Source: Octopus sinensis
Taxonomy: Eukaryota
DNA: 64,000 nt
NCBI RefSeq assembly: GCF_006345805.1
Contig: NC_043016.1
Location: 4,278,001 to 4,342,000 of the forward strand
Reading direction: 5' to 3'
The notes beneath the pieces were generated by a model that had not been told where the DNA came from, ran no database searches, and saw nothing but the letters and a program-made list of their open reading frames with translations. How positions within the stretch are numbered: the first letter of the stretch is position 1; each line of letters opens with the position of its first letter. Made by a program: the position numbers and the translations under genes. Below, one piece after another: positions 50,682-63,200 of the stretch.

Positions 50682-51889
50682 GTGCACATACATGCATGTA
50701 CTTGCAGTTAGGAACTGGTAATCAATTTTGTTGTGGAGAATGATCTGTACCTTTGTTTTCCATATTTTGCCATACTATAATACTTTCTTTACTCTAATAA
50801 GATTTGGTAAACAAAATTATTAACTATTTTACTCTTAATCACTAATCATTTGTGTGACATGATAAATTATTGTTGTTGGTCAAGACAGATTTCAGAAAGC
50901 AAATCTTTTTTTTCTTTTTTTTTTTTCAGAATTAGCGGGTGGGGCTCTTTCCCTGATATCACATAATTTCCCTTCACAAAGAATTTCATTTAATTTCTTG
51001 GTGTTAACTACCACCTTTTTTAGAGATCCTTCCCCAATTTCTTTAAATAAGTATAGCATAGCAAAAGAGTTTTTGCTTTCTATTTACTCAACCTGTCTAA
51101 TATGCTAACTGAATCTCTGTTGCCAAACGGGGTTCTGTTATTTGAGCAAGATGCACAGAAGTCACTGAAGCCGTTTTTACATAGCTGTTTGACTTTATTC
51201 AGTATAACAGCTAACGTATCTCATACCAATTTCCTTATTGGCTTTAAAATGGAGACCGTGGAAACTTATTCCACATAGATGATGCTACGAAGTGTAAAAT
51301 GGCAGACCATGTGTTTTAAGACCAACATTTTAGAATACCATATCTCATACAGATGGTCTGTGAGAATAGTAATGGTATTTTGTTAATCTTATACGGTTGG
51401 GCTTCCTGTAACTTAGAGAGAGACAATTATTTTTAGCAAGAACATGATAGTAAAATGTCCCCTAAACTCTGTAAGAATGTTAAAGAAGTTCCATAAATTT
51501 GATTTTCTGAATATTTTCACAGCAAGTTTTAAATATAGAAAAAATATAAAACATCATTATTATAAAAAGGATTGCTATAGATGTCATATTTTATTATAGC
51601 TGAATATACAAAAGTACAATCTGTTCAAGAACTATGTCATACATTTTGTAATTCATTGTAAATTTGTGGGGGGTGGGGTGTAATGAAGATTAACAAGAAC
51701 AATGTGCCTTTCCCATTGGATAATTATTCTAAATATTCTATTGAATTACTGATAATAAACTTGGCACCACAATTAATGTATATTAGATTTCTAGTACAAG
51801 AAGTCCTCAATAGTTGGGAGTGTATATATACTTTCACCATAAATAGAATTGAAACTGGAATGTAGCTCCTCGTAGCTGTCCTCATGTCA

Positions 51890-52130
51890 ATCAAGCAATT
51901 AAGTTAAATTAATTTTGGGGCTCAAAAAGCAAAAAGCAAGGCCATGTAAGGGGACATGGAGTTATGTACAGGGGTGTTCATGCAAAGAGTTCAAGCCATT
52001 TCTGGTCAAGAGAGACTTTGAACCGAGCGGTCGTCGGCATCTTCACTATCTCGTCCAGCAGCTTATTCCACGGATCCACAACCCAGACGGAGAAAGCACA
52101 TTGTTCAAACTGGCAGAGAGTCATTATTAT
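51890..52130 (-). mobile_element. CR1-clade 3' fragment (second family)
   Basis: Minus strand AFSVWVVDPWNKLLDEIVKMPTTARFKVSLDQKW, matching the CR1 C-terminal FSxRVVxxWNxLP motif. Confidence 0.75.
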
Positions 52131-52399
52131 ACAGCTCATAATCACACGCATATATATATATACACCCTATATAGATATACATGTGTGTGTGTGTATTTAT
52201 TATTCTTAACAATGTTACTGACAGCACTGTCAAAGTTTTAACCAGCTGAGCCGTCGTTGGACTGCTGATGATGGCTTAGCTGACCAAAAATTCAAAGTCA
52301 CTTTCAATGTTATTCTTGTTAAAGAATAAATCTGTTCTCTTTAGGTTAATTTAAAATTGATTTTATTATAAATGAACATAAAAACAAGCAATATATACA

Positions 52400-52815
52400 T
52401 AGGTGCAAGTGTGGCTACATGGTCAGAAGCTTGCTTCCCAACTTCATGGTTCCAGGTTCAGTCCCACTGTGCATCACCTTTGGCAAGTGTCTTCTACTAT
52501 TTCCTTAGGTTGACCAAGGCTATGTGAGTGGATTCTGGTAGACAAACTGAAAGAGGCCTGTCATACATACATATTTATATGTGTGTGTATCTTCGTGTTT
52601 GTGTTTGTCCCTTCATTACCGCTTGACAACCGGTGTTGGTGTGTTTACATCCTTGTAACATAGCAGTTTGGTAAAAAGAGATTGATAAAATAAAATAAGC
52701 TCAAGGCTTTAAAAAAATTAACTCCTGGGGTCAATTTGTTTGACTTAAACCCTACCAGGCAGTGCTCTAGCATAGCCACAGTCAAGTGACTGAAACAAAC
52801 AAAAGAATAAAAGAA
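52400..52815 (+). mobile_element. Group B (CORE-like) SINE
   Basis: Collinear with 18124-18490. Confidence 0.85.
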
Positions 52816-53026
52816 ATACACACACACAGACACAGCTGTCCATAGTTTACTCTTAAGTTGCATCTTGTGGATGCTGTTGGATGAACTGTTGAGTGATGTT
52901 TGTGAAGTCCTAGATGGGTCTTTCAAAGTCAGACCCCTTCGCACTGTTGACCCAACTCTGATTCATCCCTGTTTGCATATCAATAGCAGCAAACCCTAAT
53001 CCTAACCCTCTTCATCCAAAGCTATG

Positions 53027-53062
<36 letters not shown>

Positions 53063-53233
53063 TAAGTATGTTGATGCAAACAGGACAAATAGAACACAAT
53101 TATGAGTATAGATTTTTATCCCCAAAGGTGATATAAACTCACAGGTCTTTGACCTGTAACCAGTTTGATAAGTGCCAATGCACAAAAACTCACAGACCTT
53201 CAGTCACACTGTTACTTCTGCTAAATATTAATA

Positions 53234-53266
<33 letters not shown>

Positions 53267-53449
53267 TATATACTTACACATACTCACACACATGCACACA
53301 TGTATATATATAAACTGCCCTCTCAAACCTGACAAACAATTTCTCCTCCTGGATAAATATTTGGACTATAATTTTCAAATCTACGTCTTAGTTTCCATTC
53401 CTGTATTATTGTTAAATGCTATTTCTAGGAATGCACCATGGCAGATTGC

Positions 53450-54010
53450 CACTGCAGACTAAGCTCTTCATCTTGTTTCTAAAGATGTGCCTATCATGTC
53501 CGGTCCCAAATGATCTCAAAGACACAATTATCATCAATATATCGGGAACTATCGTGGAATCTCACTACATGCTATTGTGGAAAAGATTTCTTACTCAAAT
53601 ACTTTTGAACCATCTGAAGGTCATCATGGAAAGACTCCTTCAAGAATTTCAGTATGGTTTCCGTGCATCCAGTGGAGCCATAAATATGGTTTTCTGTGCC
53701 AGACAAATCCAAGAGAAGTGCTATGAACAACAAAAGTCCCTTTTCCTTGCCTTCTATGATCTGGAGAAATCTTTTGACACTGTGCTAAGACCAGCCATGT
53801 GGGTGGTCCTTAATCATTTCAGATGTCCTGATCATTTGTCTTCTTGATCCAAGCCCTACATTATGGTCTTACTGTATGTGTGTTTCATTGTGATCAACTC
53901 TCAGAATTCCCATTTATATGAGGATTGAAATGAGGTTGCATTCTCTCTTTTATGGTTTTCTCCCTATACCTTGCTGCAATGACCTATGAACTTCTCCTGG
54001 ATCAGCCAGG
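53450..54010 (+). mobile_element. RTE (BovB-like) RT N-terminal fragment
   Basis: ORF 53416..53847 contains FQYGFRASSGAINMVFCARQIQEKC...AFYDLEKSFDTV. Confidence 0.85.
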
Positions 54011-54469
54011 AAGGATATATATATATATATATATATAGGTGTAAAAAGGCTGAATTTAGATTCGTCCTTTGGAGGTTTCCGAAGAAAGATTTCTAATATT
54101 GATTCTTCATATTTTGCTGGTAGCTCACTGGCATGAATTTGTGAATATGAAAATAATACATGTATATGGTGTGTTGTGAATTTATGGCAAGAAATCCCAT
54201 AAAACTCAACAATTTTGTTACAATTGGAGAAGAGAAGATGTTAAAGTATATAAGAGAATTTTAATTCATGCAGATGATTGTTTCTTTTTACAAAGAAATA
54301 AAAATAATGCAAATTCATGATAAAATTGAATTAAATTAAATTAATTAAATAAATTAAATATATATATATATATATACATAAACAGACAATGGACAAACTA
54401 AGATAGTATTATGTAATATAATATTAATTAGTACCTTTGCCTAATGCTTAAGGAAGCATTTGTACATAC

Positions 54470-54812
54470 ATAAAGGCCCCTTGTGGTCATGAATGACTAT
54501 TTGACCTTTGGATTGCATCTAGAAAGTTAGTCTCCGAAGCACAAGTTTGGGTATGGTTGTTTATGGAAGAGCAGTAGTCACCCATACATACCAACCTCTT
54601 CTTTCCACACCCCTGATGTTATCCAAGGGAAAGGCAAAGGCTGATACAGCTTGGCACCTGTGACAGCACAACAACTCATTTTTATAGCTGAGTGAACTGG
54701 AGTAAAGTGAAATAAAGTGCCTTGCTCAAGAATACAACACACAACCCAGTCTGGGAATCGAACTCATGACCTTATGATTGTGAATCCAACACTCTAACCA
54801 CTGAGCCATGCA
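54470..54812 (-). mobile_element. tRNA-derived SINE
   Basis: Minus strand TGGCTCAGTGGTTAGAG...GAGTTCGATTCCC (A/B boxes), then TTCTTGAGCAAGGCACTT core. Confidence 0.8.
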
Positions 54813-54909
54813 CATATATACATATATATTTATATACATGTATATTTATAAACACACATACATATTTATATTTATATAGATTAAATATGCATGTATATGT
54901 ATAAATGTA

Positions 54910-55240
54910 TACATCACAGTATCGACTAGACCATTAAATGTTGTTATACACTATTGGTCACAAATGTACTTTCAATCTTGTCTTGATTGCGCCATTCTTT
55001 TCCATTCTGACCCAATGTCTATCTTACATGCAAGTAAGACATGGACTATTATGGAGAGGATAGAACATTGATTCGCTACAACTTAACGGGGCCATGGAAA
55101 GATTCAGTAATATCATTAAGAGAACATATTTGAAACGAGATAATTTGAGAATGGAGCGGAGTGAATGATGTGATCACAGAATACCGAAAGCACAATTTCC
55201 ATTGGAGACATCACAAAACTCACAGACAACCAACTGACAT
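54910..55240. mobile_element. RTE fragment with internal inversion
   Basis: + strand 55015-55240: ILHASKTWT..., GAMER, GVNDVITEYRKH, HITKLTDN. Minus strand 55015-54910: WKRMAQSR followed by a 3' tail. Confidence 0.55.
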
Positions 55241-55287
55241 ATACATAAATTTATGCTCACACATGTGTGTAATATATATATATAATA

Positions 55288-55320
<33 letters not shown>

Positions 55321-55339
55321 CATACACATGTATGTAAAG

Positions 55340-56030
55340 TGCATCTGGCTGTGGCAGATCAGTGCAATGTGTGCTCAGAAGGTTCTGCCTTGGGTCAGGC
55401 TCTGGTGGTCTGTTGGGACTGAGAACAACGAGTTAGCTCTGGACTTGCACAGTTTGTGTTACCCTTCTAACCTTGCAGTCCTATTCTGTTTCTAGGTGGT
55501 GGCACATCTGTGAGAGCAGCTTTGATCTCAGAGTTGATATTGAAGCTCTTCACTGAGTCTTATGAGTGAGTGTATCCTTGAAATACTTCTTCTCTCCGCC
55601 CTGAATGTGCTTGCCTTCTGCCAGTTTGCTGTAAAACAGTCTTTTGGGAAATCGCATGTCAAGGATTGGAATGAGCTGCCCTACCCACCTGACTTACGCT
55701 CTCCTCAACTGTGTCTAAGTGCTTGGCAGATCAGTTCGTGAGAGGACCTCTGTGTGTGGAATCTTACCTTGCCAGGTGATTTTCAATTGCTTTTTCCGAC
55801 AGTTCATATAGAAGCAGTGTACAGTAGCATAGGCCATGCAACTACTTAATGCATTTTCATGCATTTTCAACTTCCTCTTCACAGGTGACTGTGCACTCAG
55901 TGCCACCACAGAGGCTCAGATGCAGCAGAGCATGAACTACTTTTTTTATTGCCTGCTACAACTTAAGCCTCACAATCAGTTCTCAGAAGATGGAGGTCAT
56001 GCACCAACCTACCCCACAGGTTCTGAAAAC
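55340..56030. mobile_element. RTE (BovB-like) fragment with internal inversion
   Basis: Minus strand 55846 leftwards: LKITWQGKIPHTEVLSRTDLPS...RFPKRLFYSKLAEGK...FKDTL. + strand 55866-56020: FLFTGDCAL...MEVMHQPTP. Confidence 0.8.
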
Positions 56031-56399
56031 ATTGGGCAAAGGCTGGATGTGTTTAGTGTTTTGTTTTGGGACTGAGACATTAGTTTAGGTGATGTATAGT
56101 GCAGTGACAGAGTATATTAGTGTACATGTAAATTTACTCTCTGATATATATATGCACACACACACACTCACACATACCAAATCTTTAAGGCAAAATACAT
56201 AGTTTATAAAGAATAGATATATCTCTACCTTAAAATAATTACTCTTTGAAGTTAAGTCTTGTTTTCTTCCCTTCCTTATAATAAATATATTAAATCTTTC
56301 AAACTAATATACAGGTCATTCCTCACCTTCTTGAATTATATACGTGTATATATATATATATTATATATATATATATATAATATATATATATATATAATA

Positions 56400-56445
<46 letters not shown>

Positions 56446-57499
56446 GTGTGTGTATGTGTATATGTATATATATAATTTTTTTTTATATATCTGATCTTGT
56501 TTTCATTGTAATTTTTAATCTTTGTTGTCAGATTTATTGGTGTTCGGTGTTTCTAATCACTGCATGGTAAACTTTTTTCTCTTTCTCACTTTTCATATAT
56601 TTTGAAAAATGGTTGTCATATATCGTTATTTTATTATAAAATTTTGAAAATGTTGAAATCTGCATTTTTAGTTTCTATTAGTTCGTTATTGTTAAATGTT
56701 ATTTGTACGAATGCCAATTAATTGCATTTCATGTGATGAATTTATATCTAAGTAATTAGATTTTATTGTTTTCTAAAGAAATCATGACATCAACTTCATG
56801 AAGAGTATTAGGGTGTTAAGTAACATACTTTTTTGCATGAGGTCAGATAAATGTTATAAAGACTACACAAAAATAAGCATAAGCTGTTACTTTGAATGAT
56901 AATTTTGTTGAAATATGTCTCGTATCTATATGATATCACAAATTATGTGAAATTCCCCCTTCCTCAGACTGATTTTACATCACAAAGCATAATTGACTGG
57001 CAGCTGTACTTTTTTACTTTTCACTTTGACCATTTTAGTTTATGGAAGAAAAATGGTAGTATCAAAGCCATAACTTGTGTAGGCCTTTCCAGAAGTTGAT
57101 ATGACTGATATTCTATTTGCATGTAAGAAAAACATAGGTGGAGGGAAATTCTTGAAAGTTTCTGTTTTGAAAACGAGATATATAGTTCAGATGAGGCAGA
57201 GAGCAGCAACAAAGTACATTAGTATAATTGTAAATTTAGTGTCTTGTTAGGTGAGTGCTGATGTCATCAATTATTGCTTTACTAAATGGAATATGATTGT
57301 TGGCTATCATATTTAATGAAACTAGCTGTAGATACAACTGTTATAATTCTTTGTATATAAAATAATTAAAGTTTTATACCAGTTTGAGTAGAAAAGTTTT
57401 TTTTCATATTTCAGGCTTTTATTAATAGTTCAAACAGATTACATACGTAAAGCATTTATTCATCTAAGTATAAGGATGTGGGAGTCTTCAAGAAAGGAT

Positions 57500-57960
57500 A
57501 ACACTCTTGTAAGTAACTTGGTGTACATACCATGCTAGTGATCTCCAGATTCCTTCTTCATTGTCCAAGATTCGACTCCATTGTGGAGAATGCTTTCAAC
57601 ATATGAGAAAGGCCAACCATGTTAACTTTGAAATACTTGGTTGTGTCATGTACATAACTTGTTAGCATTCTTTAAGAATGTTGCAGTCAAAGTTGGTTTG
57701 TTTCTTAATGCCATTTGTACATCATCAAAATGAAGATGAAATCCAGCCACCAATTTATGGTATACGACTTAAAGTACTCATTGACTTCAAGTAGCTTGGT
57801 TCCTATGTTACTTACAGGAAGAAAGACTTCTTGACATGCAAGGGACAAACCGGGAGTGCCCATAACAAATTTCAGATCTAGTATTATGACATATAGAGAA
57901 AGAAGTGCTATTGTAGGATGTATGAAAAGCAAACCAGCTTCAGAAGGATATAAAAGACGG
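57500..57960 (+). mobile_element. Degenerate RTE-like fragment (family of the 26092 copy)
   Basis: DFK*LGSYV...KDFLTCKGQ-like remnant of the DFKYLGS motif. Confidence 0.55.
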
Positions 57961-58000
57961 AATGCAAAACATAAATACTTTTCTAATTAGATTTATTATA

Positions 58001-58174
58001 TGAGGCAGGTGCTGAAAATTTCTTGGCTTTAAGGGTTTCGTGAAAGGCCTGGTTGGAGGACCAACATTCCAAGTTCTTTTTCAGGGCTTAGAAAAACTGA
58101 AGGATCACTGTAATAAGGATGTGAATCTGAGAGGAGGATGTGCTGAATAAAACCATGATTAACTGATCTCCCTG

Positions 58175-58238
<64 letters not shown>

Positions 58239-58302
58239 TACCTACACACACAGATCTTCCTGTATCTTCTTTTACCTAAAGCAAGCAACTTTTCAGCACC
58301 CA

Positions 58303-58306
<4 letters not shown>
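58001..58306 (+). mobile_element. mariner-derived MITE interrupted by a microsatellite insert
   Basis: TA at 57999-58000 and 58307-58308; TIR TGAGG.AGGTGCTGAAAA.T...CTTT; retains transposase C-terminus WLEDQHSKFF...GLEKLKDHCNK...E*. Confidence 0.8.
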
Positions 58307-58333
<27 letters not shown>

Positions 58334-59524
58334 TACAGTATTTCAGGAATGGATATATTATTTTTGCTCTTATTGTCAAATTATTAACTTCATTTTTAAA
58401 TTAAATAATTCTGATAGTAATTTTGGTAATGCATCTATTACATCCTGGCCTTCTTTACTGAAGGATGACAGCAGTGATTTCATGAAACATTTAATATATT
58501 ATCACTATCATAATAAATGTGACATCATGAGAATGATCATAACTTTTCATTACCCATTACCTCCTAGCCTGAACAATAGATTATAAATAACTTCCATCAT
58601 GCCATCTCAAATATGACAATCTACTCGCCTTGGGAAAATAAAGGAGTAACATTTAGTACCCATAAATATAATGCATACCCTTACAACACTGTGTATTTGC
58701 ACAAATAAGCACACTACATTACTTATCTATATTTTTTAAATAAAGGTTTCTTGTTGAAATTTAGACAGTTTACTTTGTATATATGTACATGTGCACACAT
58801 ACATGTATATACACAATATATGCACTACAAGCATGCACGCTTACATATTTATATACAACGCATTACCAAAATAATAGGTAATTTAATCTATAACATAAAT
58901 ACAGTAGACTGGCAGAATCACTATATCAAAAGATAAAATACCTTGTAGCAATTAGTTACGTCCTTTTGCATTTTATGTTTAACTTGCTTCAGAGGCCAAC
59001 TTGCATTTCATAATTTCCAGAGTTGATTAAATGCAGAAATTTGTGACTTTGTGTCTACACTCAAAATTATTTCTGTTGCTGTTATTTTACTGCAGAGGAT
59101 GGCAAAAATGATAAACCAGCTGGCAGACCAACATGTTTTGATTTTTTTTGTTTTTTTTTTTTTGTTTCCTACGTTCCTATACACATTGAATTTAAATCCT
59201 GCTATCACTGAAGTGAAGCTTTTATTATGGTAGGATTGATAAAATACTCTACAGTGAAGAAGTATAGGAAGTATCAATGACTGTACTCTTTCTAAAATGT
59301 TCAACATCATGTTCATGGTAGAAGTCATTAATTATTGTTGTTTTTGTTATTATCATTAAAGTAACAGAAACAGTACTGTATAATCGTATTTACAACTAAT
59401 CCTCCATTTCAACATATAATCTGGTCGACTTTGTGTTCTCTAGGAATAATAACAAATATCTGTTGTATAGCAAGCGATGGATTCAATTGTTTTAAATTTC
59501 CCCTACAATTTATGTGATCCATAG

Positions 59525-59898
59525 TGGAGGTGCAATGGCCCAGTGGTTAGAGCAGCAGACTCGTGGTTGTAGGATCGTGGTTTTGATTCCCAGACCGAGT
59601 GTTGTGAGTGTTTATTCAGCAAAAATCCTAAAGCTCCACGAGGCTCTGGCAGGCGGGGTGGCAATTCCTGCTGTATTCTTTCACCACAACTTTCTCTTTC
59701 TGTTTCTGCTGTACCTGTATTTCAAAGGGCCAGCCTTGTCACACTCTGTGTCACACTGAATCTCCCCGAGAACTATGTTACGGGTAAACGTGTCTGTGGA
59801 GTGCTCAGCCACTTGCACGTTAATTTCATGAGCAGGCTGTTCCGTCGATTGGATCAACTGGAACCCTCGTTGTCGTAATCAACAGAGTTTCAAAGAAG
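59525..59898 (+). mobile_element. Group C SINE, full length, with a tail different from the 13694 copy
   Basis: Head matches 13879-13800; ATGTGATCC direct repeat at 59512-59520 and 59899-59907 is a possible TSD. Confidence 0.85.
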
Positions 59899-60089
59899 AT
59901 GTGATCCCGATATGAGATTGGTTAAGTTGTTATTTTTCTTTATTATCATAACTAAAGGTGGTGAGTTGGCAGAATTATTCATTTTAAAATGAGAATTTAT
60001 TTATTTTTTTCATTTGCATCTTAAATTTAGATTCCATGAGTCAGCTTTGCTATTTTATGGAAAAGCATCAAGAAAATTTTCTCGATAAA

Positions 60090-60560
60090 GCCAGTGTATC
60101 ATGTATGTCAAAAGTAGCATAGTACTGATGTTTAGATATTTCCTCAGTAAAGCTTGGACAGCATCTAAGTCTGAGCATAATATGGAAATAAGACCTTTTT
60201 TCTCACAGTGGTTGATTTCATATTGCACATTGGTTCTTCCACTTAGTCAAAATCCAGAAGACTCCAAACTATACAGGATGCTCTATGTCATTGTCAATAT
60301 GTTCTGGAAAGAGCATCCTAACAATGAAAGATTGTATGACAAGCTACCTAAAGTCTAAGACACCATTAAAGAAAGGGGAATTAGCCTAATTAGGAAAGTA
60401 TGGAAGAGCTGGTTAGTGACATTCTACTTTGCATACCTTTCCATGGTTGAAATCAACTTACTTTCCTGTGAAGACATACTTGTATCAGTTAAAAGATTGC
60501 ATTGGATGTTAATGTGGGAAACTATCATATGCCATGTGATAATTCCACTTGCGAAGGTGC
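60090..60560 (+). mobile_element. Degenerate RTE-like C-terminal fragment
   Basis: YRMLYVIVNMFWKEHPNNERLYDKLPKV, homologous to YTRLLMRAQNLSWKHHPTKIQIYGKLPPV at 26139. Confidence 0.6.
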
Positions 60561-60884
60561 ATGGGGGATCAAGCTCATACAAATCTATGCATGACTGTTA
60601 GTTTAACAAGATTAATTAAATGTTGGAAATAGTAGCTCACCAGTCATAATTCTCTTTTAGTACTCTTTAGCTATATCTCCCTGTTTCCCGAAAGCTATAT
60701 CTCTCTGTGTTTCCACACTGAACCAGCTTAGTTTTTCCTCTCTTCTCTCACTGATGAAATAAGTCATAGGGCAATGCCATCTCATCTACAAGATTACTTC
60801 ATATCTTATTTGTGTACCTAAGCAAGAAATCATTATTGAAGATTAAGAAAATTTCAATTGTGTTTTCTAATTGTGGCCCATTTC

Positions 60885-61098
60885 AAGGCAGTGAGATGGC
60901 AGAAACGTTAGCACACCACGTGAAATGCTTAGCGGTATTTCATCTGTCTTTACATTCTGTGTTCAAATTCTGCCGAGGTCAACTTTGCCTTTCATCCTTT
61001 CAGGGTCGATAAATTAAGTACCAGTTGTACACTGGGGTTGATCTAATCGACTGGCCCCTTCCCAAAAAATGTTGGGTTCTGTGCCTAGAGTAGAAAAG
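60885..61098 (+). mobile_element. Group A SINE with perfect 16-bp target-site duplication
   Basis: AATTGTGGCCCATTTC at 60869-60884 and 61099-61114. Confidence 0.92.
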
Positions 61099-62639
61099 AA
61101 TTGTGGCCCATTTCTTATATTTTGGTCTAAAACCAAAATATAAAGAATCTAAAAGAGAACTAATAAAGTCTGTACACTTAATCTACTTTATATATCATCT
61201 GTACGTACTCTGCATACATTTTCTAATTTAGATAAAAAATTTGTGTTGGAAAGAATATAGAAAATGTTCCTGATACTGATAAAATTTTCTCTTCCCGTTG
61301 TTGTCTTACTGGCAGGTGAATGTAAATAAAAATATCAATATGTGCATGAGCTGATATCCATAGAAAACATTGAAACAGTTGCATTCAGTATTGCAGATGT
61401 TATTACAGAGTAATATGCTTGTATGTACATACCTGTTTCTGTTAGATATTTCTCTCATTCTTGTGAAAACAAAAAAAAAATGTCAAAATAGTTTAATTCA
61501 TCTTATATCTCACTATTTAACATATCTTGAAAATTACATTCCCCATCTACAAGAATGATATTAAATTGAACCCTAAGTCCCAACGTATGTCCGGTCCTCA
61601 CAACAAATTGATTACATTATATTACATATCTTTCTCTTCTAGCTTTCACTGTCTGGTCTCATTTAGCACATAGAAAGATTTATGTGTGTGCATGCTTGCA
61701 CGCAAATGTAATTGCAGTTTTTAACCTCCAGCAAAGTTTAAAGCTGAATCAATTTAATTAATTTAAATAATAACCATTACAATTTACTAAGTTTTACAAA
61801 AAAGGAAACAAGTATGTTTATGATTATAATTGTGTGTGTGTGTGTGCATGTGTGCATGTGTGTTGTTTGTATATCATACTTTATGCAGATATTGTCAAAA
61901 GGCAAATTATCTGCAGTATTCATCCAGAGACAAATTCTTATATATTTGTACTATGTTTAAAAACACAAATATATCAGTAACAGATAATATTGTCCAGCAA
62001 CACTGGTTAGAATAGATGCACATTTCTGCCTTGTTGAACTTTTGTCAGTAGCATTTACCCACCATCAAAAGCATGCTAAGACAAAATCTGTTACTATTGA
62101 TACAAGAAAACAGTGACTGAAAATTCATTGGTGGCTAATTGCAATACTGTACTTACTTGCTCTTTTGTATTTTTTTTTCTTTATTAGTTAACCAGATAAC
62201 TAATTAAGTAATCAGTTGTTTGATTGAATCTTCAATCAATCAATCAATCAGTCAGTTAAGTGTAACCTAAAGCAAACCTGAAGAGCACTTATCATTGATG
62301 ATGTTATGAGTGGTGATGAAAGGACTTCCACAGTCCTAACTGAGCACAATTAATCAAATAACTGATTAGTTAATTGGATAGACTCGTTAACCAAGTGACA
62401 AGGGAAAATATCAAAATAAAATAGAACCACTACATGAGGATATCAATGGTGTAATTCCCTTCCCAAGATATAATTGTATGTGTGGATATGTGTGCATATG
62501 AATGAGCTTGTATTTTCCTCATCTTTGCTACTTGCTAGAAATGGTTTGCTATTTACCACACATCATGTCCAGCCTACTTGATATATTATGTGGTGTTTGT
62601 AAACAATGGGCTGAGTCATGTGTTGTCCTTTTCTTTTCC

Positions 62640-63200
62640 ACTTCTTTGTATAAACACGTCTAGGTTGTTTGTTGTCCAATCTCTCTCTCTCTCGATGGGG
62701 CTGGGATCATCTCAGAGGCATTATGTGCAAAGCCAACCTGGTTCACCAGTGCCACCCATTGCTGGCAACCTCATGTCAGGCCCTCTGCAACCCCCAAGGT
62801 GAAACCAATCCTCTGGAGATCTTCTTTAATCACATCCAAGCATCTGGTGCAGGGCCTATCATGGGGTCTCTTCCAGCCCACAACTGGTGCGTTGAACAAA
62901 AGTAAGGTCCTGATAGGATGATCTGGCTGGAGGCAAAGGACATGTCCATACCAGCACATGTGGCGGATGGCTATGAAGCGGGAAGCTGCATGCATGAGGC
63001 TCTTCATCAGATGTAATTGCACCATCTGATGTTGTCAACTGTGCTCAGAGCTGTGCTGTCAAGGCTGTCAATCCACTTTGCCCAGGTCCTCATGAGGGGC
63101 CATATTTCTACTCCTTGCTTAATAAATTGGAAATTATTAACTCATTTGCAAGCAGGTGGGGACAAGATGTCAAAGGTAACCGGCCTTAGGAAGCACTACC
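62640..63200 (-). mobile_element. Degenerate RTE C-terminal fragment
   Basis: ORF 62771..63025(-) reads WYGHVLCLQPDHPIRTLLLF...GWKRPHDRPCTRCLDVIKEDL. Confidence 0.75.

Noticed and set aside
50308-50721. (YI)n ORFs here and in other TA/CA/GA tracts (3736, 15325, 39164, 56259)
   Set aside because: Dinucleotide microsatellites lack stops in some frames; no coding evidence.
52255-52295. Second hammerhead (CTGATGATGG...GACCAAAA)
   Set aside because: GAAA is absent and stem II is mismatched; at best a decayed remnant. Other CTGATGA hits (11181, 37086, 44124, 60751) lack the downstream core.
52992-53009. Interstitial telomere-like CCCTAA repeat
   Set aside because: Only about three imperfect units; compatible with chance.
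57415-57508. Candidate exon (tttcag ... gtaagt) with one open frame
   Set aside because: Phase 2/0 does not join exon B, the peptide is uninformative, and it abuts an RTE remnant.
59096-61328. Strong acceptors at 59095 and 61315 as downstream host exons
   Set aside because: No convincing donor or phase-consistent chain; needs RNA evidence.
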